Positions 17,040-27,060 of a stretch of 64,000 nt of DNA are shown here, one piece after another (positions within the stretch are counted from its first letter, which is position 1; every line of letters starts with the position of its first letter). Origin of the DNA: Candidatus Binatus sp. (lineage in GTDB: Bacteria > Desulfobacterota > Binatia > Binatales > Binataceae); NCBI RefSeq assembly GCF_030646925.1, contig NZ_JAUSKL010000122.1, forward strand, positions 1,365-65,364, written 5' to 3'. The translations under genes and the position numbers were made by a program. Under the pieces are notes generated by a model. The model searched no databases, was not told the DNA's origin, and worked only from the letters and a program-made list of their open reading frames with translations.

Positions 17040-17194
17040 TCGCCGCGTAATCGCTCGCGCCGATCGCGCACCCTGCTAGAGCTTTTTGGCGTCGATCAGA
17101 ACCCCCGCCAGCAGCGCCGGCTTGGTGCCCGGATTAGTCCAAGCGTGATTGGTGCCGCGCTGCACTACCACGTCAAACGGCTTTAACTTCACGT
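17040..17194. repeat. direct repeat copy 2 (desaturase-3'-like bit, spacer, 3' end of the intact cupin gene)
   Basis: ccgcgtaatcgctcgcgccga ... gctagagctttttggcgtcgatcagaac... parallels 15272-15426. Confidence 0.75.
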
Positions 17195-17609
17195 TCTCGC
17201 GGTCGAGGATCAAGGTGACTTCGCCATCGAGCACGATTATGTAGTCCACCGTCTTCGTCGTATGCATCCCCGGATGGCGCGACGTATCGACGCGAGCGTC
17301 CTTCCCGCCGATCGCTTTGAAGGTTGCCGCAAATTCCTTTTCCATTTCCGCGGCGGACACTCCTTGCTGCTCGGGAGCGATCGTAAAAAAACGAATCACG
17401 CTGCCGCGCTTCGGCGGTTCGAGCCGCAGCTTGCGCTTGGATGAATCCTTTTTTCCGGAGTTGTCCGCCGGCGATCCATCGGTAATCCAGACTTCGCCCA
17501 ACCCGGCGAGGCCGCGTTCGACGATCGTTCCGGGCGGTCCATCGATCAGAACCATCGATTTGCCACCCTTGTCGTGACCGGTCACTACGCGCCGCATTTT
17601 TTCGAGCAT
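17076..17609 (-). CDS. cupin-domain protein
   Basis: 177 aa. C-terminal beta-barrel region HPGMHTTKTVDYIIVLDGEVTLILD...VVVQRGTNHAWTN. Confidence 0.7.
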   Translation of the reverse strand: MLEKMRRVVTGHDKGGKSMVLIDGPPGTIVERGLAGLGEVWITDGSPADNSGKKDSSKRKLRLEPPKRGSVIRFFTIAPEQQGVSAAEMEKEFAATFKAIGGKDARVDTSRHPGMHTTKTVDYIIVLDGEVTLILDRENVKLKPFDVVVQRGTNHAWTNPGTKPALLAGVLIDAKKL

Positions 17610-17653
17610 CTGTTTTCCTCCGTGTTAGGCGTCACGTGCACGCGCGTTACCAG

Positions 17654-17680
17654 AAAAAAAGGCGGCCACGTCGGGCCGCC
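17654..17680 (-). terminator. Rho-independent terminator after the diiron/SCP2 operon
   Basis: On the minus strand: GGCGGCC-cgacgt-GGCCGCC followed by TTTTTTT, 27 nt after the stop at 17707. Confidence 0.7.
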
Positions 17681-17706
17681 CAATCGCAATCGAGAATTAA
17701 AAACCT

Positions 17707-18147
17707 TCAGTCCGGGACCTTCGCGGCGAGGTTCAACAACTCCTGCAACGTCTGATTGAACCGGTAGAATTTGTCTTCACGCAATTGATCGGTTGATTCG
17801 AGCCAGAGTTCCTCGCCCACCAGCGCGAGCGAACTCAGCGTATGCCGCAGATCCGGACGCCCATTCTCGATAATTTCCCCCAGCATCCGATCCCAAATCT
17901 CGCGCTTGCCGCAGATGACGAAATCAGGATCGAACTCATTGAGATCGGCTACCGGTTTCACCTCGCTAAGCTGATAGCCGTCGATCGTCAGCCCCACGAT
18001 CCGATCGCCGCCGTTCGAGACGTTGTCCGGAATGATGCGGACTGCGAAACGCGTCTCCGCGTAACCCAACCGCCGGAAATGTTCACCCTCGGCCCGCATC
18101 AACTGGCCGAGGGTCTCGAACCATCGTGCTTCCGGAAACGACGGCAT
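17707..18147 (-). CDS. SCP2 (sterol-carrier-like) domain protein
   Basis: 146 aa. The pattern resembles SCP2-fold lipid-binding proteins. Start/stop junction with the upstream diiron gene. Confidence 0.55.
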   Translation of the reverse strand: MPSFPEARWFETLGQLMRAEGEHFRRLGYAETRFAVRIIPDNVSNGGDRIVGLTIDGYQLSEVKPVADLNEFDPDFVICGKREIWDRMLGEIIENGRPDLRHTLSSLALVGEELWLESTDQLREDKFYRFNQTLQELLNLAAKVPD

Positions 18148-19274
18148 CAGGCAGCGACGGCCACGTCGACGAGTTTGCTGAAGTCAGTCGGCAGGATGCA
18201 TCGCGGACGCCGGTCGAGTCCGGCGGAATCGCATCGCTGCAGATACTCGTGCACGATTCGCCGCCACAACTGCCCCTGCATTTCCATGCCCTTGTCGAAG
18301 TTCTTGATTCCGCCGCCCATCAGGATTGCCATCGGCTCGACTGCTTCCGGCACGCTGAATGTCTCGAGCAAAATCCGCTCGGCGTCATCGAGTTGCTGGT
18401 GAACTTCCTCCGCGACCGCAGGATTCGCCTTCAATTGCGCCCGCAGATGCATCGCGCCGTAACCAACGTGGCGCGATTCGTCCTGCATGCAGCGGCGGAA
18501 GATTTCCTGATCGACCCGGCTGGGCGCGATGAATTCGCCCTGGCGGAACAATGTCAGCACGAAGCCTTCACCCAGCAGATGGAGCCGGGCGGTCTGCGCC
18601 GAAAAACTCGGCGCGTCGAAGATCTTCTTGAGCGATAGTTCGCTAAGCGCGCTGGCCTTGCCGAGTCCGCCGCCGTTGGCGAGCGCGCGCTTGCGGAACA
18701 CGTCCATGTGCCGCGCTTCGTCCATCGCCTGCGTGGCCAGAAACATCTTCACTTCGAAAAAATCGTGATTCATTTTGCTCATCCATCGCGTGGGCGCGTC
18801 CGCCGCGATGAATTCGACTTCGGTCAGGAAGGTGCATAGCTGGCACATCGCCCGTTCGAGATCGTCGGGCAGCGGCTTGAGCTCCGTCCACGGAATGTCG
18901 CGCGCCGAACTCCACTGCCGGCCTACGGCTTCTTCGTAAAGCTCGGAAACGTTGTCCGCCCAGCACTCGGCCTTATCATTGATGGTGAAACCGAGCGACG
19001 GCAGCTCCTCGACGATCCTTGCGCCACGCGGCGCCATCGAGCGATGCTCTCCGCCATGCTCCGGCACCACGCCGTAGCTGCCGATCTCAATGTCCTTCAG
19101 GCGCAGTCCGAGGTTGCCCGGCTTGGCCCGCACGCCCCATTCCCCCATCTGATTCATCCACTCCAAGTCCGGCGTGCCACTGTCGTAGAGCTTTTTCAGA
19201 TAGACCGACGGTTGAAGCTTTACCCTGGCTTCTGAACCGACTCGCTCCTCGTCTTTTATGTGCACCTGTGACAT
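18147..19274 (-). CDS. ferritin-like diiron-carboxylate oxygenase family protein
   Basis: 375 aa. Two E...DExRH motifs (TEVEF...[10 protein letters not shown] and LGEGF...[10 protein letters not shown]). Confidence 0.65.
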   Translation of the reverse strand: MSQVHIKDEERVGSEARVKLQPSVYLKKLYDSGTPDLEWMNQMGEWGVRAKPGNLGLRLKDIEIGSYGVVPEHGGEHRSMAPRGARIVEELPSLGFTINDKAECWADNVSELYEEAVGRQWSSARDIPWTELKPLPDDLERAMCQLCTFLTEVEFIAADAPTRWMSKMNHDFFEVKMFLATQAMDEARHMDVFRKRALANGGGLGKASALSELSLKKIFDAPSFSAQTARLHLLGEGFVLTLFRQGEFIAPSRVDQEIFRRCMQDESRHVGYGAMHLRAQLKANPAVAEEVHQQLDDAERILLETFSVPEAVEPMAILMGGGIKNFDKGMEMQGQLWRRIVHEYLQRCDSAGLDRRPRCILPTDFSKLVDVAVAA

Positions 19275-19519
19275 CTTCGCCTCCTCGGGCTGCGAGCTTT
19301 GTTTTGACGTTCATCGCACGGCCGATCCGCGGCCTGAATATTCCCATCCAACGGACTATCAGAAGCCTTTCCAAATTGTCAATCCGCGAGGGCGCGCGGC
19401 TCGCCCCGAGGCACGAATCATACGCGCAGATTTACATCGAACAGCGACGATGCTCTGTTGGCCGAATCAAGCACGCGCCGGTTGCTAGACTCCAGTTTAA
19501 TTGCGGAGGTCGTCGCGCG

Positions 19520-19963
19520 ATGTCGATTATTTCAGAATTCAAGGAATTCGCGATCAAGGGCAACGTCGTCAATCTGGCTGTGGGCTTCGTGGTCGGCGCC
19601 GCGTTCGGAAAAATCGTGACGTCGTTTACCAACGACATCCTGATGCCGCCGATCGGGCTCGCGCTCGGCGCCGTCGATTTCTCGAATCTGTTCGTCAATC
19701 TCTCGTCCAGGCACTACGATACCATCGCGCAGGCCAAAGCCGCAGGCGCGCCGACGCTGAACTACGGGATGTTCCTCAATTCGATCGTGGACTTCCTGAT
19801 CATCGCGTTCGCGGTATTCCTGATCGTGAAATGGACCAACATCCTGACCCGCGCGAATCGTCCCAAGCCGCCGGAAACCAAGAGCTGCCCATACTGCATG
19901 ACGATGATTCCGATCGGCGCGACGCGATGCCCTCATTGTACGTCGGACCTGAAGGCCGCGTGA
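19520..19963 (+). CDS. mscL: large-conductance mechanosensitive channel MscL with a C-terminal CxxC...CxxC zinc-ribbon tail
   Basis: Track ORF 19019..19963 trimmed to the ATG at 19520, after [52 protein letters not shown]. Tail [20 protein letters not shown]. Confidence 0.9.
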   Translation: MSIISEFKEFAIKGNVVNLAVGFVVGAAFGKIVTSFTNDILMPPIGLALGAVDFSNLFVNLSSRHYDTIAQAKAAGAPTLNYGMFLNSIVDFLIIAFAVFLIVKWTNILTRANRPKPPETKSCPYCMTMIPIGATRCPHCTSDLKAA

Positions 19964-19964
19964 T

Positions 19965-21224
19965 CTAGTCGCCGGCGCTCGCGACGTCAGCGATCGCCTC
20001 AGTGGCGCGCCCGATAATCTCGTTCAGCAACTCGTCGCTGATCACCGTCGAAAGCGCGATCAGTCCGCGTGGCGCGACGAACAATCCGTGATTCAGCGCC
20101 GCCAGATGAAAGTTCGCGATCGCGCGGCCGTCCTCGCGCACGATCGTCGCGGCGGGCGGCTCCTTCAGGAAGAAAATGTTCATCAGCGAACCGACTTGGC
20201 GCACCGAGAATGGCAACTCGGCATGCCGCGCCGCCCGCGTCAGTTCATCGGCCAGGCGCTCCGCCTGCTGATTCATTGTGGCGATTCGATCCGACGTTAG
20301 TTCGCGCACCGATACCGCGCCTGCCGCGCAGCTCACCGGATTTCCGTTGAAGGTGCCCGAATGCCAAATCGAGCCGCGATTGCGCGGATCGAAACTCGAC
20401 ATCACCTCTTCGCTGCCGCCAATCGCCCCGACCGGAAATCCGCCGCCGATTATTTTCCCCATCATCGTGAGGTCGGGACGCACGTCGTAAATCTTCTGCG
20501 CGCCGCCCTCGTCCAGCCTCAGCGTGATCACTTCGTCCAGTACGAACAGCGCGCCCGCGCGATGCGCAGCTTCTGCAACCCGCCCGAGAAATCCCGCCTG
20601 CGGCTCGACCACGCCCGCCGAGCCGAGCACCGGCTCGAGGAACACCGCCGCGATCTCCGAGCCGCGTTCCGAAAGTAGCGCCTCGAACGCCGTCGCATCG
20701 CCGAAATCCGCAAGCATCGTGCGCTCGCCATCCTGCCCCGCGAGTCCGACTTCCAAGTCTTCGTACGATCCGTGATAACCGTAACGCGCCATCAGGATCA
20801 GCTTGCGCCCGGTGAGCCGCCGCGCGAGATGCGCCGCGAGCATCCCGGCCTCGGTGCCTGAATTGCAGAATCGCACGCGCTCCACCGACGCGATGCGCTC
20901 GCAGAGCAGCGTCGCCAGTTCGATCTGCGCCTCAGATCGCGCCGGCCACGCCGTGCCATTCGCGGCCGCCTTGTTCACCGCCTCAACGATCGGCGGATAC
21001 GCGTTGCCATGCACCAGGCTCGTATAGTTGCCGAGCAAATCGATGTACCGGTTGCCATCGACGTCCCACAGGAACGGACCTTCGCCGCGCGCGAGCGTGA
21101 GCGGGTAGGGCCGATAGAACGCGGTCGTGCGGGTGTCGCCGCCGGGCATCACGCGCTCGGCCTGCTTGCCCAGTTCCGCCGACCTGGCGCTGGCGGCGCG
21201 ATAACGTTCTTCAATGCTGTTCAT
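19965..21224 (-). CDS. class-III PLP aminotransferase (glutamate-1-semialdehyde aminomutase-like)
   Basis: Starts MNSIEERY (internal ATG of track ORF 19965..21251). HemL-like N-terminus and a ...DEVITLRL.. region. Specificity is unclear. Confidence 0.8.
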   Translation of the reverse strand: MNSIEERYRAASARSAELGKQAERVMPGGDTRTTAFYRPYPLTLARGEGPFLWDVDGNRYIDLLGNYTSLVHGNAYPPIVEAVNKAAANGTAWPARSEAQIELATLLCERIASVERVRFCNSGTEAGMLAAHLARRLTGRKLILMARYGYHGSYEDLEVGLAGQDGERTMLADFGDATAFEALLSERGSEIAAVFLEPVLGSAGVVEPQAGFLGRVAEAAHRAGALFVLDEVITLRLDEGGAQKIYDVRPDLTMMGKIIGGGFPVGAIGGSEEVMSSFDPRNRGSIWHSGTFNGNPVSCAAGAVSVRELTSDRIATMNQQAERLADELTRAARHAELPFSVRQVGSLMNIFFLKEPPAATIVREDGRAIANFHLAALNHGLFVAPRGLIALSTVISDELLNEIIGRATEAIADVASAGD

Positions 21225-21389
21225 CGTCTCCTCCCCGACCAACAGTAGCATTTAACGTCAAAATGACTCTAGGCATCAAAATTCACGCGCCCGCGGATAA
21301 GGATCCGGATGTCCCGGCAGAGTCGGATCGACGTCGAGCGGAAATGGATGGTCAGCTATCCGCATTTCTTCGGCGCGCTGGATGCTCGA

Positions 21390-21791
21390 CTACTTGACTG
21401 CAGCGATCGCTTCCATCTCGACCATCAGGCCGTCCACTGCGAGCGCCGATACGCCGACCAGCGTCGATGCGGGCGGGTCGCCTTCGGGAAAAAGCGCGGC
21501 GCGCGCTTCACGCATCGCGCTATAGTCAGACTGTTTGTAGTTAACGATGTAAGTATTCGTTTTGACTATATCCTGTGGCGTGGCGCCCGCTGCGGCCAGC
21601 GCCGCTTTCAGGTTGGCGCCGGCCTGCAAAATCTGCGCCTTCAGATCGCCCGGCCCAACCAGTTTGCCTGCTTTATCTACTGCAACCTGCCCCGAGACGA
21701 ATACCATCTTCGACGCGCCGCTGACGGTTACGACGTGCGTATATCCTCGCGGCGTCATCAGGGTATCGGGATTTATATACTTTTTTTCCAT
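21390..21791 (-). CDS. ridA: RidA/YjgF family reactive-intermediate deaminase
   Basis: 133 aa. GYTHVV...VFVSGQVA...DIVKTNTYI pattern. Confidence 0.85.
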   Translation of the reverse strand: MEKKYINPDTLMTPRGYTHVVTVSGASKMVFVSGQVAVDKAGKLVGPGDLKAQILQAGANLKAALAAAGATPQDIVKTNTYIVNYKQSDYSAMREARAALFPEGDPPASTLVGVSALAVDGLMVEMEAIAAVK

Positions 21792-21827
21792 GTCGATTCT
21801 CCTTTCGCGCGACTGACTATTTGCGAA

Positions 21828-22172
21828 TCAAGTGTTTTCCTTGCCGTACTTGAGCACTTGCACTTTTTCGACGGTGATCAACCCCGAACTCTTGCCCATC
21901 ATTTCGTCCAGCACCGGCAGGAACGCATCGATTTTATCCTTGCCATCCACGACCTCGATTATGATCGGCAGATCTTCCGATAGCCGCAGAAGTTTCGCCG
22001 AATGAAGCTGGCTCGATTTGCCGAAGCCGAGCGGACCGCGGAGCACGGTCGCACCCGCGACGCCGACTTCGCGCGCCTTCATCACGATCGATTGATAAAG
22101 CGGCTTGCCGTCGAAGCGTTCGTTTTCGCCGATAAACACCCGGAGCAGGATCGCATCTTTCGGAATCTGCAT
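21828..22172 (-). CDS. DUF190 (PII-like) protein commonly paired with crcB
   Basis: Starts MQIPKDAILLRVFIGENERFDGKPLYQSIV. Lies immediately downstream of crcB. Confidence 0.75.
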   Translation of the reverse strand: MQIPKDAILLRVFIGENERFDGKPLYQSIVMKAREVGVAGATVLRGPLGFGKSSQLHSAKLLRLSEDLPIIIEVVDGKDKIDAFLPVLDEMMGKSSGLITVEKVQVLKYGKENT

Positions 22173-22180
22173 CGCTTTAC

Positions 22181-22567
22181 TCACTGACTGAGAGTTGCAG
22201 CCATCACATGGCCGAGCCACACAAAAATCAGGCACAGCGCGACGGATCCGGCGGCGTTCAGCGCGGCCGGTATCAACTCGCCGTCACGCAGCAGGTTGAG
22301 CGTCTCGAGCGAGAAGGTCGAAAAGGTCGTGTAGCCGCCGCATATTCCGACCATCACGAATTGGCGCGCCGGCGTGCCGACAATGAAGCGCGAGTCGGGT
22401 CCGGAAAACGTCGCGAAAAATCCAATCACGATCGAGCCGGTGACATTCACGAACATCGTGCCGTACGGAAACGCGCCGCCCGTCATCGCCGCGATCACGC
22501 CCTGCGCAAAATATCGCGCCATCCCGCCGAGCGCGCTGCCAATGCCGATCAGCAAATACGCGAGCAC
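22181..22567 (-). CDS. crcB: fluoride ion channel CrcB/Fluc
   Basis: 128 aa, four TM segments. GGMARY...GTMFVNVTGS...GGYTTFSTF motifs. Confidence 0.9.
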   Translation of the reverse strand: MLAYLLIGIGSALGGMARYFAQGVIAAMTGGAFPYGTMFVNVTGSIVIGFFATFSGPDSRFIVGTPARQFVMVGICGGYTTFSTFSLETLNLLRDGELIPAALNAAGSVALCLIFVWLGHVMAATLSQ

Positions 22568-22583
22568 TCGAACCCTCCCGTCG

Positions 22584-23600
<1,017 letters not shown>

Positions 23601-23639
23601 CGGGATGCTCCGTTCCTCACCGCAAACTTCGCGCGATTT

Positions 23640-24746
23640 TCAGATCAGCGCGCTCAACGTCCGCATCGCGCCAGCCAGTTCCTCGGGCTTGATCTGCGTC
23701 AGACAATTGTAGTGCCCGAAGCGGCAAGTGCGCGCGAGGCACGGACTGCATTCCAGCTTGCGATAGATGACGAGCGCGCGATTTCCGATCGGCGCGGTGC
23801 GCGCGGGATTGGTCGAGCCGAAAATCGCGAGCGTTGGAATTCCAAGCGCACCCGCAAGATGCGCGCATCCGGAGTCATTGCCGATGAAACCGTCGCACAG
23901 CGATAACAGCGCGTTCAGTTCACCGACCGTCGTATGCCCCGCGGCGACGATCGCGCCAACTTTGGTCGCCGCGGCGACTTCGATGCATTTCGCGCGCTCG
24001 CCCGGCGCACCGACCAGCACCACTTCCGCGTCGTCGCGCGATGCCAGCAGATCGATCAGCGCGCCGTAACGCGCAGCCGGCCATTCCTTCGCCGGGCCAT
24101 ACGCCGCGGCGGGCGCGATCGCGATCAGTCGCGCATTTTTGCGCTTGCGATTTTCCAACAACCATCGACGCATCTTCTCGCGATGCGGTCCGTGCGCCTC
24201 GAGCGCAACTTTGTCATTCGTCTCCGACACGCCGATCGTCAGCCGCACCATCGAAAGCCAGTATTGCGATTGATGACCCGTCATCGCCTCGCGCGGCGGC
24301 AGGGTCTTGTGCGTCAGCATCGCCCCGCGCGCATCCGCGATGAATCCCGCGCGCCGCGCGATTCCCGCCATCGTGAGCCACAGCGCCGACTCAAAACTAT
24401 TCGGAAACAGCACGCCCAGATCGAATTGCCGCGAGCGAATCTCCTTGATGATCCGCCGTCGATCGATCAGGCCTGGCAATCCGCGCGCGACGGAGTAGGG
24501 GATAACCTCGTTCACCCATGCGACACCGTCGAAAAAGCCCGCGAGCTCCCTTTTCACGAGCACGGCGAGATGAGCGTCCGACCACGTGGCGCGAATGGCG
24601 CGCAGCGCCGGCAGGCTGATCACGAGATCGCCGAGCCAGTTTACTTCCTTGACGAGAATCCGCCGCGGCGCCGGCGTCAGCGCCGGCGCGATCGAATCGG
24701 CGCGCGAATCGCGAGTTTCGTGCGCGATTGTTTTTCCGGATTCCAA
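23640..24746 (-). CDS. GT9 lipopolysaccharide heptosyltransferase (WaaF/RfaF-like)
   Basis: 368 aa. ILVKEVNWLGDLVISLPALRAIR and C-terminal GNDSGCAHLAGALG. Confidence 0.8.
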   Translation of the reverse strand: MESGKTIAHETRDSRADSIAPALTPAPRRILVKEVNWLGDLVISLPALRAIRATWSDAHLAVLVKRELAGFFDGVAWVNEVIPYSVARGLPGLIDRRRIIKEIRSRQFDLGVLFPNSFESALWLTMAGIARRAGFIADARGAMLTHKTLPPREAMTGHQSQYWLSMVRLTIGVSETNDKVALEAHGPHREKMRRWLLENRKRKNARLIAIAPAAAYGPAKEWPAARYGALIDLLASRDDAEVVLVGAPGERAKCIEVAAATKVGAIVAAGHTTVGELNALLSLCDGFIGNDSGCAHLAGALGIPTLAIFGSTNPARTAPIGNRALVIYRKLECSPCLARTCRFGHYNCLTQIKPEELAGAMRTLSALI

Positions 24747-24787
24747 AGAAGATGCTCCCGCAGCGATTCCATCATGCGCGGGCGCTC

Positions 24788-24823
24788 AAATAAATACGGC
24801 GCAGCCCTCGATTGGGCTGCGCC
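24788..24823 (-). terminator. Rho-independent terminator after the selenoprotein gene
   Basis: Perfect 10-bp stem GGCGCAGCCC/GGGCTGCGCC (24798-24823), followed on the minus strand by GTATTTATTT. Confidence 0.7.
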
Positions 24824-24873
24824 GCAATGATTGCCGCGGGACCGCAGCTTGCCCGCGATCCCAAAGATCAGCG

Positions 24874-25395
24874 CTAATTTCTAAGCGCCGCGATCACGTC
24901 GTTCACTATTGCGTCGGCCTTCGCGCGCATCTCGTCATCGTTCGCATCCTGAATCGGATGCGGCACGAACACGCGCCGCACTTCCGGCAATCCGAGCGCT
25001 TCGGCCTGGCGCTGTGCGGCATCGACGAACGTGCTCGACGCGATTACTACCGAGGGCTTGCCATTGATCTCGAACCATACTGAATCGTGCACACTGCACG
25101 TTGTGCATGACCCTCAATCGGCTAGCGCTTCGATAACGAAGTCGCTTTCCTCCGCAATACGGCGGCGCAGATCGTCGGGCGCCGGCTTGGTGAAAGTTGG
25201 TTTGCGAAAACGCTTGATCTCGATTCCCGGCAGGCGGTCCTGCAGATGCTCCGCGAGCCGATCGATCAACACGTTGCCGCGCGGTTTCGCGATATCCAGC
25301 AGCGCGACGCGTCCGCGAATCGAATCGGTGCGCTTCGCGAGCGTGCGCCGAATCGGTACGCGCTCGTCAGTTGGATCGATGATCACCTGTTTCAT
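24874..25395 (-). CDS. UGSC-motif selenoprotein (in-frame UGA at 25114-25116 read as Sec)
   Basis: Track ORFs 25114..25395 and 24874..25092 share one frame and are separated by a TGA plus 7 sense codons. Read-through gives ...VIEALAD-U-GSCTTCSVHDSVWFE. A hairpin lies directly 3' of the UGA. Confidence 0.65.
25085..25110 (-). promoter_or_regulatory. candidate bacterial SECIS hairpin
   Basis: RNA UCAUGCAC-AACGUGCAGU-GUGCACGA begins 4 nt after the UGA: an 8-bp stem with one A-C mismatch. Confidence 0.45.
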
Positions 25396-26996
25396 GGAGC
25401 CTCCTCGATACGCCGGCTGACGCTCGACGATCCCATCGGACCCGAGACCCAGCCGGCGAATACTGCGGAAAATTTTCCGGCCTCGCCGCCGGCGACGATC
25501 ATATTGATATTCTCAGGCTTGCGAAACTTCGGAAGCTTCGTTGCAAGTTGCTCCGCGGTCGGATTGGTGAAGCCGAGCGCTTTCGGCGGCACGCCTTCGC
25601 CGCTCTCGGCGTCGGGCATCAGCTCGCGCAGCGGTCGCGACGTGATCTCCTGGATGCGCGCGCGCACCTGCGCCTTGCTCCATTTGTCGCGCGCGATCGT
25701 GTCCACGTGCTCCGGCGAAACGACCAACAGGATCTCGCCGCTGCCGTGCTGCTTCGGATGCCAGCATGCTTCGAGCCCGAGCCCGATACTGCCGACCAGC
25801 GCGTGCGCCGTGCGCGACATCTGGTCCGCGATCTGCCGCGAGCCCGCCTCGAGCCCGAACACCGTCACCACGTTTTCCTCTTTCTTGAAGCCGCGCTCGA
25901 CGTGCAGCGGCTCCCACGCGCTCCGCTCCTCCCATTCGGCGAAGCAGGTGGTGAATTTGCCGATCGCGCCCAGCGTCGAGCGCTCGATTTCGCCCGGCCG
26001 CGCGCCGCCAACGTTGCGCAGCACGAGTTTCAGCGCGCGCCCGATCGTCGCGTTCGCGCGATTACCGTAGCCGAGTGCCATCATGCCCATGTTCATGCCG
26101 AGGCGATGCCGAATCGGGCCGTTCACGACAATCACCGGCGTCGCGCCCCACGTCGTCGCCATCACGCCGTGGATATTGAACTCGTCGGTGCAGACCGCCT
26201 CGAGCGCGGCAATCACGACCGGCAGATGCTCGGGCTTGCAGCCCGCCATCACCGCGTTCACCGCGATTTTTTCGACCGTCACCGGCGCGAGATTCGGCGG
26301 CACCGTCGCGACGACTTCGCGCGGATCGCGCCGCGTCCCGGTCAGCATGCGCATCACGCGCTCGGGCGTCGGCGGCACCACCGGCAGGCCGTCGGTGAGT
26401 CCGCGCTCAAACATGAACTCGAAAACGTCTTCCGAATCGCCCAGCTCGATTCGCCGCGCCGTCAGGAATTCACCGCGCGCCGCGGCTTCAAGTTTTTCAG
26501 CGACTCCTGGTTCCACTGACTTCGAGCCGCATCCCGGCCGCGACTCGGGGTATTCATTCCAATTGATCGATGGCGCGTCGGTGCCAGCAATTCGACTCAA
26601 CTCGGCGAACATCTCGCGCCAATCGTCGCGGCCGAAGCCGATAAATCGCCGCTGCTCGACGCCGTTGGCATCAGCCAGAATGATCGTCGGCACCGTGTCG
26701 AGATCGTACGCGAAAGAAACCGCGAGCGCCGAGTCATCGAGCATCGGCACGCTGAGCGCGTAGCGCTCGACCAGCTTCGCGTTGCCCTCGGCATCCTGTC
26801 CGATCGAGAGCACGTCGAGCTTTGCGCCAAATGCGCGATGGGCCGCTTCGATCAGCGCCATGCTCATCCCGCAGGTGGGGCAGTCTTCCTTGACGAAACA
26901 CAGCAGCGCCGCGCGGCCCGTGGGAAACGAACGCTCCGCATTCTGAGCGTCGGCTAAGTTGAATTGCGGGAGCGGGCTTGTCGATGACTCTGGCAT
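25392..26996 (-). CDS. thioredoxin-fold (CPTC) domain fused to an uncharacterised roughly 400-aa domain
   Basis: 534 aa. N-terminal LLCFVKEDCPTCG in a Trx-like context. I recognise no family for the C-terminal region. ATGA overlap with the selenoprotein gene. Confidence 0.6.
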   Translation of the reverse strand: MPESSTSPLPQFNLADAQNAERSFPTGRAALLCFVKEDCPTCGMSMALIEAAHRAFGAKLDVLSIGQDAEGNAKLVERYALSVPMLDDSALAVSFAYDLDTVPTIILADANGVEQRRFIGFGRDDWREMFAELSRIAGTDAPSINWNEYPESRPGCGSKSVEPGVAEKLEAAARGEFLTARRIELGDSEDVFEFMFERGLTDGLPVVPPTPERVMRMLTGTRRDPREVVATVPPNLAPVTVEKIAVNAVMAGCKPEHLPVVIAALEAVCTDEFNIHGVMATTWGATPVIVVNGPIRHRLGMNMGMMALGYGNRANATIGRALKLVLRNVGGARPGEIERSTLGAIGKFTTCFAEWEERSAWEPLHVERGFKKEENVVTVFGLEAGSRQIADQMSRTAHALVGSIGLGLEACWHPKQHGSGEILLVVSPEHVDTIARDKWSKAQVRARIQEITSRPLRELMPDAESGEGVPPKALGFTNPTAEQLATKLPKFRKPENINMIVAGGEAGKFSAVFAGWVSGPMGSSSVSRRIEEAP

Positions 26997-26998
26997 TT

Positions 26999-27059
26999 TG
27001 CGATGCAGCGTTTTCTGCGATCGCTACAATGCTACATCCGCCCCGTCGCCGTCGAGCAC
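26999..27059. repeat. 61-bp direct repeat, copy 1 (immediately upstream of the Trx-fusion start; contains a hairpin)
   Basis: tgcgatgcagcgttttctgcgatcgctacaatgctacatccgccccgtcgccgtcgagcac; 2 mismatches to the copy at 29958-30018. Confidence 0.85.
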
Positions 27060-27060
27060 T

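Noticed and set aside
22568-22583. Fluoride riboswitch upstream of crcB
   Set aside because: Only 16 nt separate crcB from the stop of lpxD, so there is no room for the crcB RNA motif. crcB appears co-transcribed with lpxD.
25246-26763. Three long + strand ORFs (25246..26070, 25548..26519, 26083..26763)
   Set aside because: They are antisense to the 534-aa thioredoxin-fold gene. Their translations are low-complexity (Arg/Ser/Pro/Ala-rich).
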